From Candidatus Nealsonbacteria bacterium (GTDB lineage Bacteria; Patescibacteriota; Minisyncoccia; Minisyncoccales; MHMH01): a stretch of DNA of 64,000 nt. Below, one piece after another: positions 25,731-36,193 of the stretch. How positions within the stretch are numbered: position 1 is the stretch's first letter; each line of letters begins with the position of its first letter. A model generated the notes under the pieces. It did not search any database, was not told the DNA's origin, and was given only the letters and a program-made list of their open reading frames with translations. The stretch lies in the NCBI GenBank assembly GCA_016181965.1, contig JACOYH010000003.1, positions 129,013-193,012 of the forward strand. The letters run 5' to 3'. The translations under genes and the position numbers were made by a program.

Positions 25731-26113
25731 AAAAAATAACCCCGCTCCAATATGCTATTTTTCTCTACGAGTTGACTTCCCAAGGCGCCAATATTACCAA
25801 ACAGATAAATGAATTTTTGGGGGTCTTGGCAAAAAATAACGATCTTAGCAAGATACGGGAAGTCATAAATGACTTTGAAAAATACGAAAAACGGCAGAGA
25901 GGGGCTCAAGATGTTGAAATCATTTCAGCCACGCCTCTTGCTAAAGATTTAAGGACGCAGATATTGAGCGCGATAGGCGGCAAAATTGACGTGAAAGAAA
26001 CCGTCAACCCGGAACTGCTCGGAGGGGCGATTGTGACCGTGGGCGATACTATGATAGATGGCAGTTTGAGGAGAAAATTAAAAGAACTTAGCAAGGTGTT
26101 AATATATGGATAA
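25727..26113 (+). CDS. atpH: F0F1 ATP synthase subunit delta (short, 128 aa)
   Basis: Operon position. C-terminal [22 protein letters not shown] is OSCP-like. Confidence 0.75.
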   Translation: MKKITPLQYAIFLYELTSQGANITKQINEFLGVLAKNNDLSKIREVINDFEKYEKRQRGAQDVEIISATPLAKDLRTQILSAIGGKIDVKETVNPELLGGAIVTVGDTMIDGSLRRKLKELSKVLIYG

Positions 26114-27618
26114 ACATTTTATCATTGAGACCCTGAAAAAACAGCTTGCAGAATACAAGCCGGAAATTGAACAGGCCAACATCGGTAAGGTTTTGAAAAT
26201 CGGCGATGGCATTGCCTCCGTTTCCGGACTTTCTGAAGTGATGGCCTCTGAAATGCTTGAATTCGTCACCCCAAACGAAAGCGTTTACGGAGTGGCTCTG
26301 AATCTTGAAGAGAATCAAGTGGGGGCTGTTATTCTCGGCGATTTCAAGGCAATCAAGGAAGGAGGTCTTGTTAAAAGCACAGGCAAGGTGCTGTCTGTGC
26401 CCGTTGGCAAAGAGCTTTTGGGACGAGTGGTAAATCCCCTTGGCCAGCCATTAGACAATAAAGGACCTATTTCTTTTAGAAAAGCGGAACTTTATCCCGT
26501 TGAGCGCAAAGCCCCGGGCGTCATTGTCAGAGAACCGGTCACCACACCCTTGCATACGGGCATTAAAGCAATTGATTCTGTCATTCCCATCGGCCGAGGT
26601 CAGAGAGAACTGATCATCGGCGACCGCCAAATCGGCAAGACCGCCTTGGTCATTGATACGATTATCAACCAGCTGCAAGACACCGGGCGCAAAGCCCCCG
26701 TTTGTATTTACGTGGCTATCGGCCAGAAGCAATCAAAAATAGCCAGAATAGTCGAAGAGTTAAAGAGCAGGGGAGCCATGGAGAGGACTATTGTGGTTTT
26801 GGCGTCAGCCGCAGATGCCGCGCCCATTTGGTATATTGCGCCCTACGCCGGCTGCGCCATGGGGGAATATTTTATGGATAAAGGCGAAGACGCTTTGGTC
26901 ATTTATGATGACCTTTCAAAGCACGCTTGGGCATATCGCCAAATTTCTTTGTTGTTAAGAAGGCCGCCGGGCAGAGAGGCCTATCCCGGCGATATTTTTT
27001 ATCTTCACTCTCGTCTTTTGGAAAGAGCCGCTAAGCTCAACAAAGCAAATGGCGGAGGATCTTTGACGGCCTTGCCTCTCATCGAAACACAACTCAGCGA
27101 TATTTCGGCTTACATCCCAACCAACGTTATTTCTATAACCGATGGCCAAATTTATTTGGACCCGGAACTTTTTTATCAAGGCACAAGGCCGGCCTTGAAC
27201 GTCGGGCTTTCTGTTTCCCGGGTGGGGTCTTCGGCGCAAACCAAGGCCATGAAAAAAGTGGCCTCGCGTTTGCGGCTTGAGCTTGCCCAACACAGGGAAT
27301 TGCAGAGTTTCGTCCAGTTTGCTTCAGAGCTCGACGAAGCGACCCGCAAAAGAATTGAAAGGGGACAGCGGCTCACGGAAATTTTAAAACAGCCCCCGTA
27401 CGCCCCCATACCCTTTGAAAAGCAAGTTTGTCTGATATATGCGGGAGTAAACGGATATTTGGACTCTCTGCCCCTTGAGAAGATCAGTGAATTTGAAAGC
27501 CAGTTCTTTCAATATTTAGAAGATCGCAAGGGAGATATGCTTTCAAAGATTAGAGAGACGGGGGATTTAACTGAAGAAATAGAGAAAGATCTTAAATCAG
27601 CCATTGAATTTCAAATAC

Positions 27619-27641
<23 letters not shown>
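26106..27641 (+). CDS. atpA: F0F1 ATP synthase subunit alpha
   Basis: [10 protein letters not shown] (P-loop), [34 protein letters not shown]. Confidence 0.97.
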
Positions 27642-30146
<2,505 letters not shown>

Positions 30147-30152
30147 AAAAGA

Positions 30153-30192
30153 AAAAGCCCTCGGCGCGGCATTCCTGCGCCGGGGGCTTTTT
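30153..30192. terminator. bidirectional terminator
   Basis: AAAAGCCCTCGGCGC-ggcattcct-GCGCCGGGGGCTTTT, between atpC (+) and the 30199..30801 gene (-). Confidence 0.75.
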
Positions 30193-30198
30193 GGCTTT

Positions 30199-30801
30199 TT
30201 ATTCTTTGTGAACAGCCGCGAAACGGCAGTTTTGCGTCCACCCTATCTCGATTTGGTTAAGGCCTAGGCAGCGTCTCAAGAGATCGCCATAAAGATACGC
30301 GACGTAGCGAGTTCCATTCCAGCTTTGCCAGACGGAATCGGCGAATATCTGGAAATCCCGCTGAACTCCGCGATATCTCCTGCCAAAAGCGAGAAGTTCG
30401 TGAAGGTTGGCAGGGCGGTAGCCCATTCCGTTGAGTCCGCCAATCGCCTCATTAAATGAGGTGTATCTTTCAATAGGGATAAGCTCCACCTGAACTTCTG
30501 TCTTTCCGCTTTGTGCCGTCGGAAAGTGTTCGGAGGTAATGTCTTGACTGAACCAATCGTAGCGTCCGACCCTCACCTCGTCTTCAATGCTCCTGTCGTA
30601 GTCAACGGCGATGGGATAGATGTTAATAGGATCAATGTTGCTTGACCCACTCTTGGGTGTGAGCGCTTCGCGGAGAATACTGCGGAGCAGCCATTGATTT
30701 TTGATCAATCTCTGCGCGACGTTCGCGTCGAGATCGTCTGGGAGCGAGCGGAGCACGGCTCCGGCCAGTTGCATGTATTGCCACCTCGACGCCCTTGGCA
30801 T
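30199..30801 (-). CDS. hypothetical protein (GC-richer orphan)
   Basis: 200 aa. AAGGGGG SD upstream. C-terminal block GYRPANLHELLAFG...CRFAAV. No family I can name. Confidence 0.6.
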   Translation of the reverse strand: MPRASRWQYMQLAGAVLRSLPDDLDANVAQRLIKNQWLLRSILREALTPKSGSSNIDPINIYPIAVDYDRSIEDEVRVGRYDWFSQDITSEHFPTAQSGKTEVQVELIPIERYTSFNEAIGGLNGMGYRPANLHELLAFGRRYRGVQRDFQIFADSVWQSWNGTRYVAYLYGDLLRRCLGLNQIEIGWTQNCRFAAVHKE

Positions 30802-30880
30802 AGCATTTCCCCCTTAAGGTGCTTTTTACTAACCCAAAATAACACACTGCAATCATTTGTCAAATTATAATTTTGCTTCC

Positions 30881-30909
30881 TTGCTTTTTTCCGGAGAATA
30901 TCCTACAAT
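30881..30909 (+). promoter_or_regulatory. promoter TTGCTT-17-TACAAT, 8 nt upstream of ATG 30918
   Basis: TTGCTT 30881-30886, TACAAT 30904-30909, aagatagg, then ATG. Confidence 0.4.
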
Positions 30910-30917
30910 AAGATAGG

Positions 30918-31133
30918 ATGACTCCAAAGCAAAAGTTCTTAGATGAACATAATAAATTGTCTCCCGAACATCTTCAAGCTACCAACGCCATGCTCTCTCG
31001 ATTTAGAGTCGAGCGAACGGCGCTTTTTCGAGACAATAATTGGTCGGTAGATAGATTGAGGAGGCCATTCATTTTATGGATTATGGCCCTTACGGCCACC
31101 GAGAAGAACGATATAAATAATAAGAAAAACTAA
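30918..31133 (+). CDS. hypothetical small protein
   Basis: 71 aa with its own promoter and terminator. No motif. Confidence 0.4.
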   Translation: MTPKQKFLDEHNKLSPEHLQATNAMLSRFRVERTALFRDNNWSVDRLRRPFILWIMALTATEKNDINNKKN

Positions 31134-31135
31134 AG

Positions 31136-31165
31136 AAAAACTCCGCATATTCTGCGGAGTTTTTC
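31136..31165. terminator. bidirectional terminator
   Basis: AAAAACTCCGCA-tattc-TGCGGAGTTTTT. Confidence 0.75.
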
Positions 31166-31182
31166 TTTGAGATTACTCTAGA

Positions 31183-31365
31183 TTAGTAGCGGTTGAATCT
31201 CTGTGGCCTTCGAGTTCTGTGGCACTCTCTGCAATAGATTGGTCTATCGCCGGAGGGCTCGAACGGAAGTTCAGTGATTTCAGCTCCGCAATCAGAGCAT
31301 TTCCAGCTCCCCTGAACCATTTTTCTGGGGAACTCTCTTTGGGAATCAAATTTCTTAAATTCCAT
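31183..31365 (-). CDS. CxxC-x17-CxxC zinc-ribbon protein
   Basis: 60 aa. KCSDCGAEITELPFEPSGDRPIYCRECHRTRR. Confidence 0.75.
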   Translation of the reverse strand: MEFKKFDSQREFPRKMVQGSWKCSDCGAEITELPFEPSGDRPIYCRECHRTRRPQRFNRY

Positions 31366-31469
31366 TTTCTTGTTATTTGCTTTTCAATAAAGCGACCTTT
31401 TAATTTCACTCTTAAGTCGCTTTACTTAATTTTTTACTCTTAAGATAGTTCGACTTATTAGCTGAAACC

Positions 31470-31497
31470 ATTATACTCCCTATCCAGAAAATGTCAA
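31470..31497 (-). promoter_or_regulatory. consensus promoter TTGACA-16-TATAAT (minus strand) with a leader of about 100 nt
   Basis: Reverse complement: TTGACA (31497-31492), TATAAT (31475-31470). The leader contains hairpin AAAGCGAC...GTCGCTTT. Confidence 0.5.
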
Positions 31498-31513
31498 TAG
31501 TGATTAGTGCGCA

Positions 31514-31556
31514 CCGAGGACTGTCCTTGCCAGAATCTGGCAAGGACAGTCCTCGG
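31514..31556. repeat. 43-nt palindrome, family A copy 2 (flipped centre)
   Basis: Arms identical to 4395..4437. Central base is A instead of T. Confidence 0.9.
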
Positions 31557-31588
31557 TAATCCTCGCAATGGACATGGTTTTAATTTTG

Positions 31589-31597
31589 TGGCAAAAT
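31589..31597 (+). promoter_or_regulatory. extended -10-like TGgCAAAAT, 6 nt upstream of ATG 31604
   Basis: TGG 31589-31591, CAAAAT 31592-31597, taagat, then ATG 31604. Confidence 0.3.
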
Positions 31598-31603
31598 TAA
31601 GAT

Positions 31604-31681
31604 ATGGGAATGAGCTGGTCAAACAAAAAAAGGCGCGATAGGAAAGTTAGAAGAAGACAGAGGAAGCGAGGATCTGCATAG
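31604..31681 (+). CDS. candidate 25-aa Arg/Lys-rich micro-ORF
   Basis: Hand-translated as MGMSWSNKKRRDRKVRRRQRKRGSA. TAG at 31679-31681, 1 nt before the ychF ATG. Not in the supplied track (too short). Confidence 0.3.
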   Translation: MGMSWSNKKRRDRKVRRRQRKRGSA

Positions 31682-31682
31682 C

Positions 31683-32723
31683 ATGCCTTTAAGCATAGGA
31701 ATTGTCGGTTTGCCAAATGTTGGCAAGTCAACTCTTTTTCAGACCATAACAAAAAAGCAGGTGGACTGCGCTAACTATCCATTTTGCACCATCGACCCAA
31801 ACGTTGGCGTTGTTGGGGTGCCCGATGAAAGGGTAGACAAGCTCGCGATATTAACTAATTCCGCCAAAAAGATTTATACCACCATTGACTTTGTTGATAT
31901 CGCGGGATTGGTCAAAGGGGCCCATAAAGGCGAAGGGTTGGGCAATAAGTTTCTTGCTAACATTAGGGAAACCGATGCCATTGTTTATGTTCTGCGCGCT
32001 TTTTTAAAACAAGATGTTGTTACTACGCAGTCGGGTATTAATCCTTTAGATGAGAAAGATACCCTTGATGCCGAATTGATTTTGAAGGATTTAGAGACAC
32101 TTGAAAAACGGCTTGCCAGCAAAGAAGCAGCCAAAGAAACCGATGTTTTAAAGAAAGCAATTCAAACATTGGAGGCGGGCAAAGTGTTAAGCGAGCAGGT
32201 CTTCACTGCGGAAGAAAATAAGATTATCGAACAATATCAGCTGCTTACCTCAAAACCCCGACTTTATCTGCTTAATGGCCGCGATGAAGAAGTGCCCGGA
32301 GAAATGGTAGACGGGTTTGAAAAGAACGGCTGGCCGTATTTAATAATTGACGTGTTGACCGAGTTTGAAGCCGCCGGCATGAGCGGCGAAGAGAGAAAAG
32401 CGCTTGGCCTCAAAGAGGAGCTGGAATTTGATTCGCTGATTAAAAAGGCCTACGAGGTTTTGGGCTTGATAACTTTTTTTACAACCGGGCCCGACGAAAC
32501 CCGCGCTTGGACATTGAGAAGGGGCCAAAAAGCTCCGCAAGCCGGCGGCGTTATTCACAGCGATTTCGAGGCGCGTTTTATTAAAGCGGAAGTGATAAAT
32601 TGGCGCGATTTGATAGAGGCCGGGGGATTTGCCAAGGCCAGAGAGAAAGGCCTCATCAGAACCGAGGGTAGGGAATATGTTATTCAAGACGGCGATGTTA
32701 TTGAAATCAAGCACGGGGCTTGA
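31683..32723 (+). CDS. ychF: redox-regulated ATPase YchF (Obg-family GTPase-like)
   Basis: [32 protein letters not shown]-terminal TGS-like domain. Confidence 0.95.
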   Translation: MPLSIGIVGLPNVGKSTLFQTITKKQVDCANYPFCTIDPNVGVVGVPDERVDKLAILTNSAKKIYTTIDFVDIAGLVKGAHKGEGLGNKFLANIRETDAIVYVLRAFLKQDVVTTQSGINPLDEKDTLDAELILKDLETLEKRLASKEAAKETDVLKKAIQTLEAGKVLSEQVFTAEENKIIEQYQLLTSKPRLYLLNGRDEEVPGEMVDGFEKNGWPYLIIDVLTEFEAAGMSGEERKALGLKEELEFDSLIKKAYEVLGLITFFTTGPDETRAWTLRRGQKAPQAGGVIHSDFEARFIKAEVINWRDLIEAGGFAKAREKGLIRTEGREYVIQDGDVIEIKHGA

Positions 32724-32741
32724 TACGGTTTTTTGTATTTA

Positions 32742-32750
32742 TGCTATAAT
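32742..32750 (+). promoter_or_regulatory. extended -10 TGcTATAAT, 8 nt upstream of ATG 32759
   Basis: TGC 32742-32744, TATAAT 32745-32750, atttatac, then ATG. Confidence 0.45.
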
Positions 32751-32758
32751 ATTTATAC

Positions 32759-32968
32759 ATGGATAAATTAAAAATAATAATTATTATTGCCCTGTTGATT
32801 ATCGCGGTAGCCGCTGTCATGGTTTATTTTTCTGTAATAAAGCGAGGGGAGGCAGTACCAAATGTACCCTCAATCAACCCGACAGAGAATTTGCGTTCGG
32901 CAAACCCCTTTGAAAATGTTGAAAAATTAAATCCCTTTAAAGATGTTTATAAAAATCCATTTGAATAA
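32759..32968 (+). CDS. small membrane-anchored protein
   Basis: 69 aa. TM IIIIALLIIAVAAVMVYF. Overlaps the next ORF by 26 nt. Confidence 0.4.
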   Translation: MDKLKIIIIIALLIIAVAAVMVYFSVIKRGEAVPNVPSINPTENLRSANPFENVEKLNPFKDVYKNPFE

Positions 32969-34709
32969 AGTTTTAATATCTGCCGCAATTTTTTCTTTAT
33001 TCGGCCTTGCGGTTTTAGCGCAGGAAAATTCTTCATTTTCGGTTGTGCAGCGATTTCCCGGCCAGTACAATAATACTAAATTTTCTATTTATTTAGCTGA
33101 CCCACAAGGTATTGGCGCGGCTCAAGTTAAAAAATCCGGTGGCGATTGGGTGCTTTCAGCCGGCCGTTCCTGCTTAAAGGAATATTACAGCGGCACTGTC
33201 ACATTAGAGCCAGGAGATTTTCCGCTCTCCGCCTCATTAACAGACTGCCGGGGTAATAAATATGAAACATCTATTTGGGCACCCGGCACATTTCCCGTAG
33301 CCGAGTTGGGTAATTGTCAAAGCGAAGGCGAGTGCCGGGATTATTGTGAAATACCAGCCAATGCCGAGCCATGTTTGGATTATGCGGAGGAGCATAACTT
33401 GCTATCGCGGGAAGAAATAGATGGGGCCCGGCAAATGTTGAGCTTAGTGGAAGGTGGCCGCGGTCCGGGCGGCTGTCGGGGTGAACAGGAATGCGAGAAC
33501 TACTGCGATAGTCCTGACAATATGGAAGAATGCATTGTTTTTGCCCGCGATAATGGCCTGTTAGCCCCAGATGAACTTGAGGAAATCGAAATGGTTTTGC
33601 AGGCCATTCGGCAAGGAGCTACACCACCAGATTGCCGAGGCAAAACGGAATGCGATGAATATTGCTCGAGGCCTGAAAACCTGGAAGAGTGCATTGAGTT
33701 TGGTACTGCTGCTGGCTTTATTGCACCAGAAGAAGCCGAAATGATAAGAAAAACCGGCGGCAAGGGCCCAGGCGAGTGCACAGGTAAAGACGAGTGCGAG
33801 ACATACTGCAACGAGCCAAATAATATGGAAGAGTGTATTAATTTTGCCATAAAGTATGACTTGATGCCGCCCGACGAGGCAGAAGAAGCCAGAATGGCTC
33901 TGCGGGCCATCAAGAGTGGCGTGAAGATGCCCAATTGCCGAGGCAAAGACGAATGCGATACTTATTGTTCACAGCCCGAAAACACAAACGAGTGTATGGA
34001 TTTCGCTGTGGCTGCCGGCTTTATGACTGCCGAAGAAGCAGAAATGGTTAAAAAAACCGGCGGTGTGGGGCCGGGAGGTTGCCGTGGCGAGAGAGAGTGC
34101 GAAACATTTTGCGAAGATCAGGCTAACGAAGAGACCTGTTTTAGGTTTGGGTTGGAGCACGGTTTTGTTTCGGAAGAACAGTTCGCTGAAATGCAGCGGG
34201 GCGTTGAAGAAATGCGCCGCAATATAGAAGAAGCGCCGGAGGGAGTAGCTGATTGTCTCAAGAATAGAATTAGCCCAGAGATACTTCAGGGTATCCACGA
34301 GGGGTCTTTGATATTATTGCGAAGTACCGGTGAAATGGTTGGAAATGCAATGGAAAGCTGTGCTCAAGAATTCGGTGGCACGCAAGGCCGGGAAGCCGAG
34401 CAGAAAGTAAGAGCGTGTTTGGCAATGCCTTGCTCGGAGGCGCTTACTTGCCTGGAGAACGTTAGTCAGGACGAACAGGGAGAAGCTACGGGAGAAGAAG
34501 GCGGGGCCTCGGAAGTTCAGGCAAAAATTGAGTCATGTATTCAGGAGCAAATAGAACAGCAAATGGAGGTAATGATGAGGGGATTTGAGCCATCATCTGA
34601 AGAAGAAACAGAGCGCGACATAATGGAGGTTGAACCTAATGCAGAAGGAGGATCTTTAGATCCCTTTAGGTTATTATTAGCGAACATCTCATCAATTCTT
34701 GGTTTTTAG
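32943..34709 (+). CDS. secreted Cys-rich repeat protein (six C-x5-C-x3-C-x8-C modules) with acidic C-terminal region
   Basis: 588 aa. Signal-like N-terminus (ISAAIFSLFGLAVLAQE). Modules start at C125, C178, C231, C279, C332 and C380. Confidence 0.8.
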   Translation: MFIKIHLNKVLISAAIFSLFGLAVLAQENSSFSVVQRFPGQYNNTKFSIYLADPQGIGAAQVKKSGGDWVLSAGRSCLKEYYSGTVTLEPGDFPLSASLTDCRGNKYETSIWAPGTFPVAELGNCQSEGECRDYCEIPANAEPCLDYAEEHNLLSREEIDGARQMLSLVEGGRGPGGCRGEQECENYCDSPDNMEECIVFARDNGLLAPDELEEIEMVLQAIRQGATPPDCRGKTECDEYCSRPENLEECIEFGTAAGFIAPEEAEMIRKTGGKGPGECTGKDECETYCNEPNNMEECINFAIKYDLMPPDEAEEARMALRAIKSGVKMPNCRGKDECDTYCSQPENTNECMDFAVAAGFMTAEEAEMVKKTGGVGPGGCRGERECETFCEDQANEETCFRFGLEHGFVSEEQFAEMQRGVEEMRRNIEEAPEGVADCLKNRISPEILQGIHEGSLILLRSTGEMVGNAMESCAQEFGGTQGREAEQKVRACLAMPCSEALTCLENVSQDEQGEATGEEGGASEVQAKIESCIQEQIEQQMEVMMRGFEPSSEEETERDIMEVEPNAEGGSLDPFRLLLANISSILGF

Positions 34710-34710
34710 T

Positions 34711-34768
34711 TCTGCGCAGGTTTCTGTGCAGGTTTTCTGTGCAGGTTAAACCTGCACAGACTTTTTTA
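34711..34768 (+). terminator. terminator hairpin built from a triplicated 10-mer
   Basis: TCTG(C/T)GCAGG at 34711, 34723 and 34736. Inverted copy CCTGCACAGA at 34751-34760, then a T-run. Confidence 0.6.
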
Positions 34769-34848
34769 TGGGCTATTGACTTTTTCTGCGATATGTGCTT
34801 GACTGTACGTAGCAGCATTAAAATCTCAAAGAAAGGAGGGAAACCGTC

Positions 34849-35067
34849 GTGGACAAGGTTTACAGTATGGGTACCGAAATAGCTCGTGTCCTAGGGCACG
34901 GGGTTCGTTTCGCCGGACCCTATATTGACAAGACCGGGAACGTCTTCGCGTTGGAGTTTTTCGACGAGGAGACAGGGGGATTCACGGCCCGTGACTTGGC
35001 GCAAGCCAAGGAGAAGTTTGCGAAAACACGTGCGGCGTTCAAGAAGCCAGTGCCCGTATTTGCATGA
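34849..35067 (+). CDS. hypothetical small protein (GC-richer orphan)
   Basis: 72 aa. GTG start 9 nt after AGGAGG (34834-34839). Own terminator. Confidence 0.45.
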   Translation: MDKVYSMGTEIARVLGHGVRFAGPYIDKTGNVFALEFFDEETGGFTARDLAQAKEKFAKTRAAFKKPVPVFA

Positions 35068-35086
35068 GGGGCTCTGGCTAAGCTAA

Positions 35087-35117
35087 GATCCGAACCGAAA
35101 GGTCCGGGTCTTTTTTT
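35087..35117 (+). terminator. intrinsic terminator
   Basis: GATCCGAACC-gaaa-GGTCCGGGTC (imperfect) followed by T7. Confidence 0.55.
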
Positions 35118-35184
35118 GCAAAAAAGTTGAGGACTTGCTTTTTTTTGATTCTTGAGTATAATACCTAAGGAATAGGAGGATAAA

Positions 35185-35523
35185 ATGAAGCGAGATAGAC
35201 CCCAGCTCTTTGAAATGGCAAAAGAAATGGCACAGCGATGCCGCAGAATCGCAGACGAAAGCCCGAAGTTTCAGGGGCCAGTCAGCGAAGAATTTCTAAA
35301 GAAAAAAGAAAAGGACTTTAGTAATTACGTCAGAGAGCTCGGAGAATTTTTTGGCTTTTGCCGGGGCATGTTTGCGGCTGGTATCTTCACGGCTGGTGAT
35401 TTAGTCGAACTCAATAAATATGTTTTTGAAGAAAAACCAGCCGTTCCGCCAGAAATTATTTCTTTCATCAACGGGCTAAAAGTCATTGATGAACTGCCGC
35501 CCGCAATCAAGGGTGATTCATAG
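35185..35523 (+). CDS. hypothetical protein
   Basis: 112 aa. TATAAT at 35157-35162 and AGGAGG SD upstream. No motif recognised. Confidence 0.5.
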   Translation: MKRDRPQLFEMAKEMAQRCRRIADESPKFQGPVSEEFLKKKEKDFSNYVRELGEFFGFCRGMFAAGIFTAGDLVELNKYVFEEKPAVPPEIISFINGLKVIDELPPAIKGDS

Positions 35524-35551
35524 AATCGCCCTTTTTACTTAATTCAATTTT

Positions 35552-35560
35552 TGTTATAAT
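35552..35560 (+). promoter_or_regulatory. extended -10 TGtTATAAT, 6 nt upstream of ATG 35567
   Basis: TGT 35552-35554, TATAAT 35555-35560, gccgta, then ATG. Confidence 0.5.
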
Positions 35561-35566
35561 GCCGTA

Positions 35567-36193
35567 ATGGATATTCGCAATAATTTTGCATATCATTTAA
35601 TTGTTGCCCTTGGTTCGTTCGGTTTATTTTTCGCTTTGCGGTTATCGGGAATAGAGTCGCATCGGGCTTTGCCCGCAGTCGCCTTCACGCTTCTTTTTTT
35701 GACGCTCGCCATCGGACCCTTGATGCGGCTTTGGAAACCGGCCGTAAATGTTTTGCCCTGGAATCTGCCTTGGAGCTGGAGAGGCGAGCTGGGTATTTGG
35801 TTTGCCATCGTGTCAATTGCGCACATGCTTCTCGTTTTTAAAGGCGCGCAATGGGATGTCTTTGAATATTTGTCGGCAATGCGGGTGGGAAATTTAGTTG
35901 CTTTTATCGCTCTTTTTTGGGCGCTGATATTAACCGCCACTTCTTTTGGCAGCGTAATAAAATTTATTGGCGTGTCTTCTTGGCGCTGGCTTCACAGCTT
36001 CGCCTATGTTGTTTTTTATCTCGTCGGTATTCACGTGCTCAATCATGCCTTTTTCCGGCCCGGAAGACCGTCGGATTGGCTGGACTGGTCATATTTAGTC
36101 ATGATGCTCACGATTGTTTGCCTCCAACTTGCGGCTTTCCTGATAACCGTTAAGGAATACCGCAAAAGTTTGGCGAAAAAAGATGGCGATTGA
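35567..36193 (+). CDS. ferric-reductase-like transmembrane domain protein (MsrQ/YedZ-like)
   Basis: 208 aa, about 6 TM, with conserved-looking His in TM helices (SIAHMLLVF; WLHSFAYVVFYLVGIHVLNH). Confidence 0.5.
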   Translation: MDIRNNFAYHLIVALGSFGLFFALRLSGIESHRALPAVAFTLLFLTLAIGPLMRLWKPAVNVLPWNLPWSWRGELGIWFAIVSIAHMLLVFKGAQWDVFEYLSAMRVGNLVAFIALFWALILTATSFGSVIKFIGVSSWRWLHSFAYVVFYLVGIHVLNHAFFRPGRPSDWLDWSYLVMMLTIVCLQLAAFLITVKEYRKSLAKKDGD

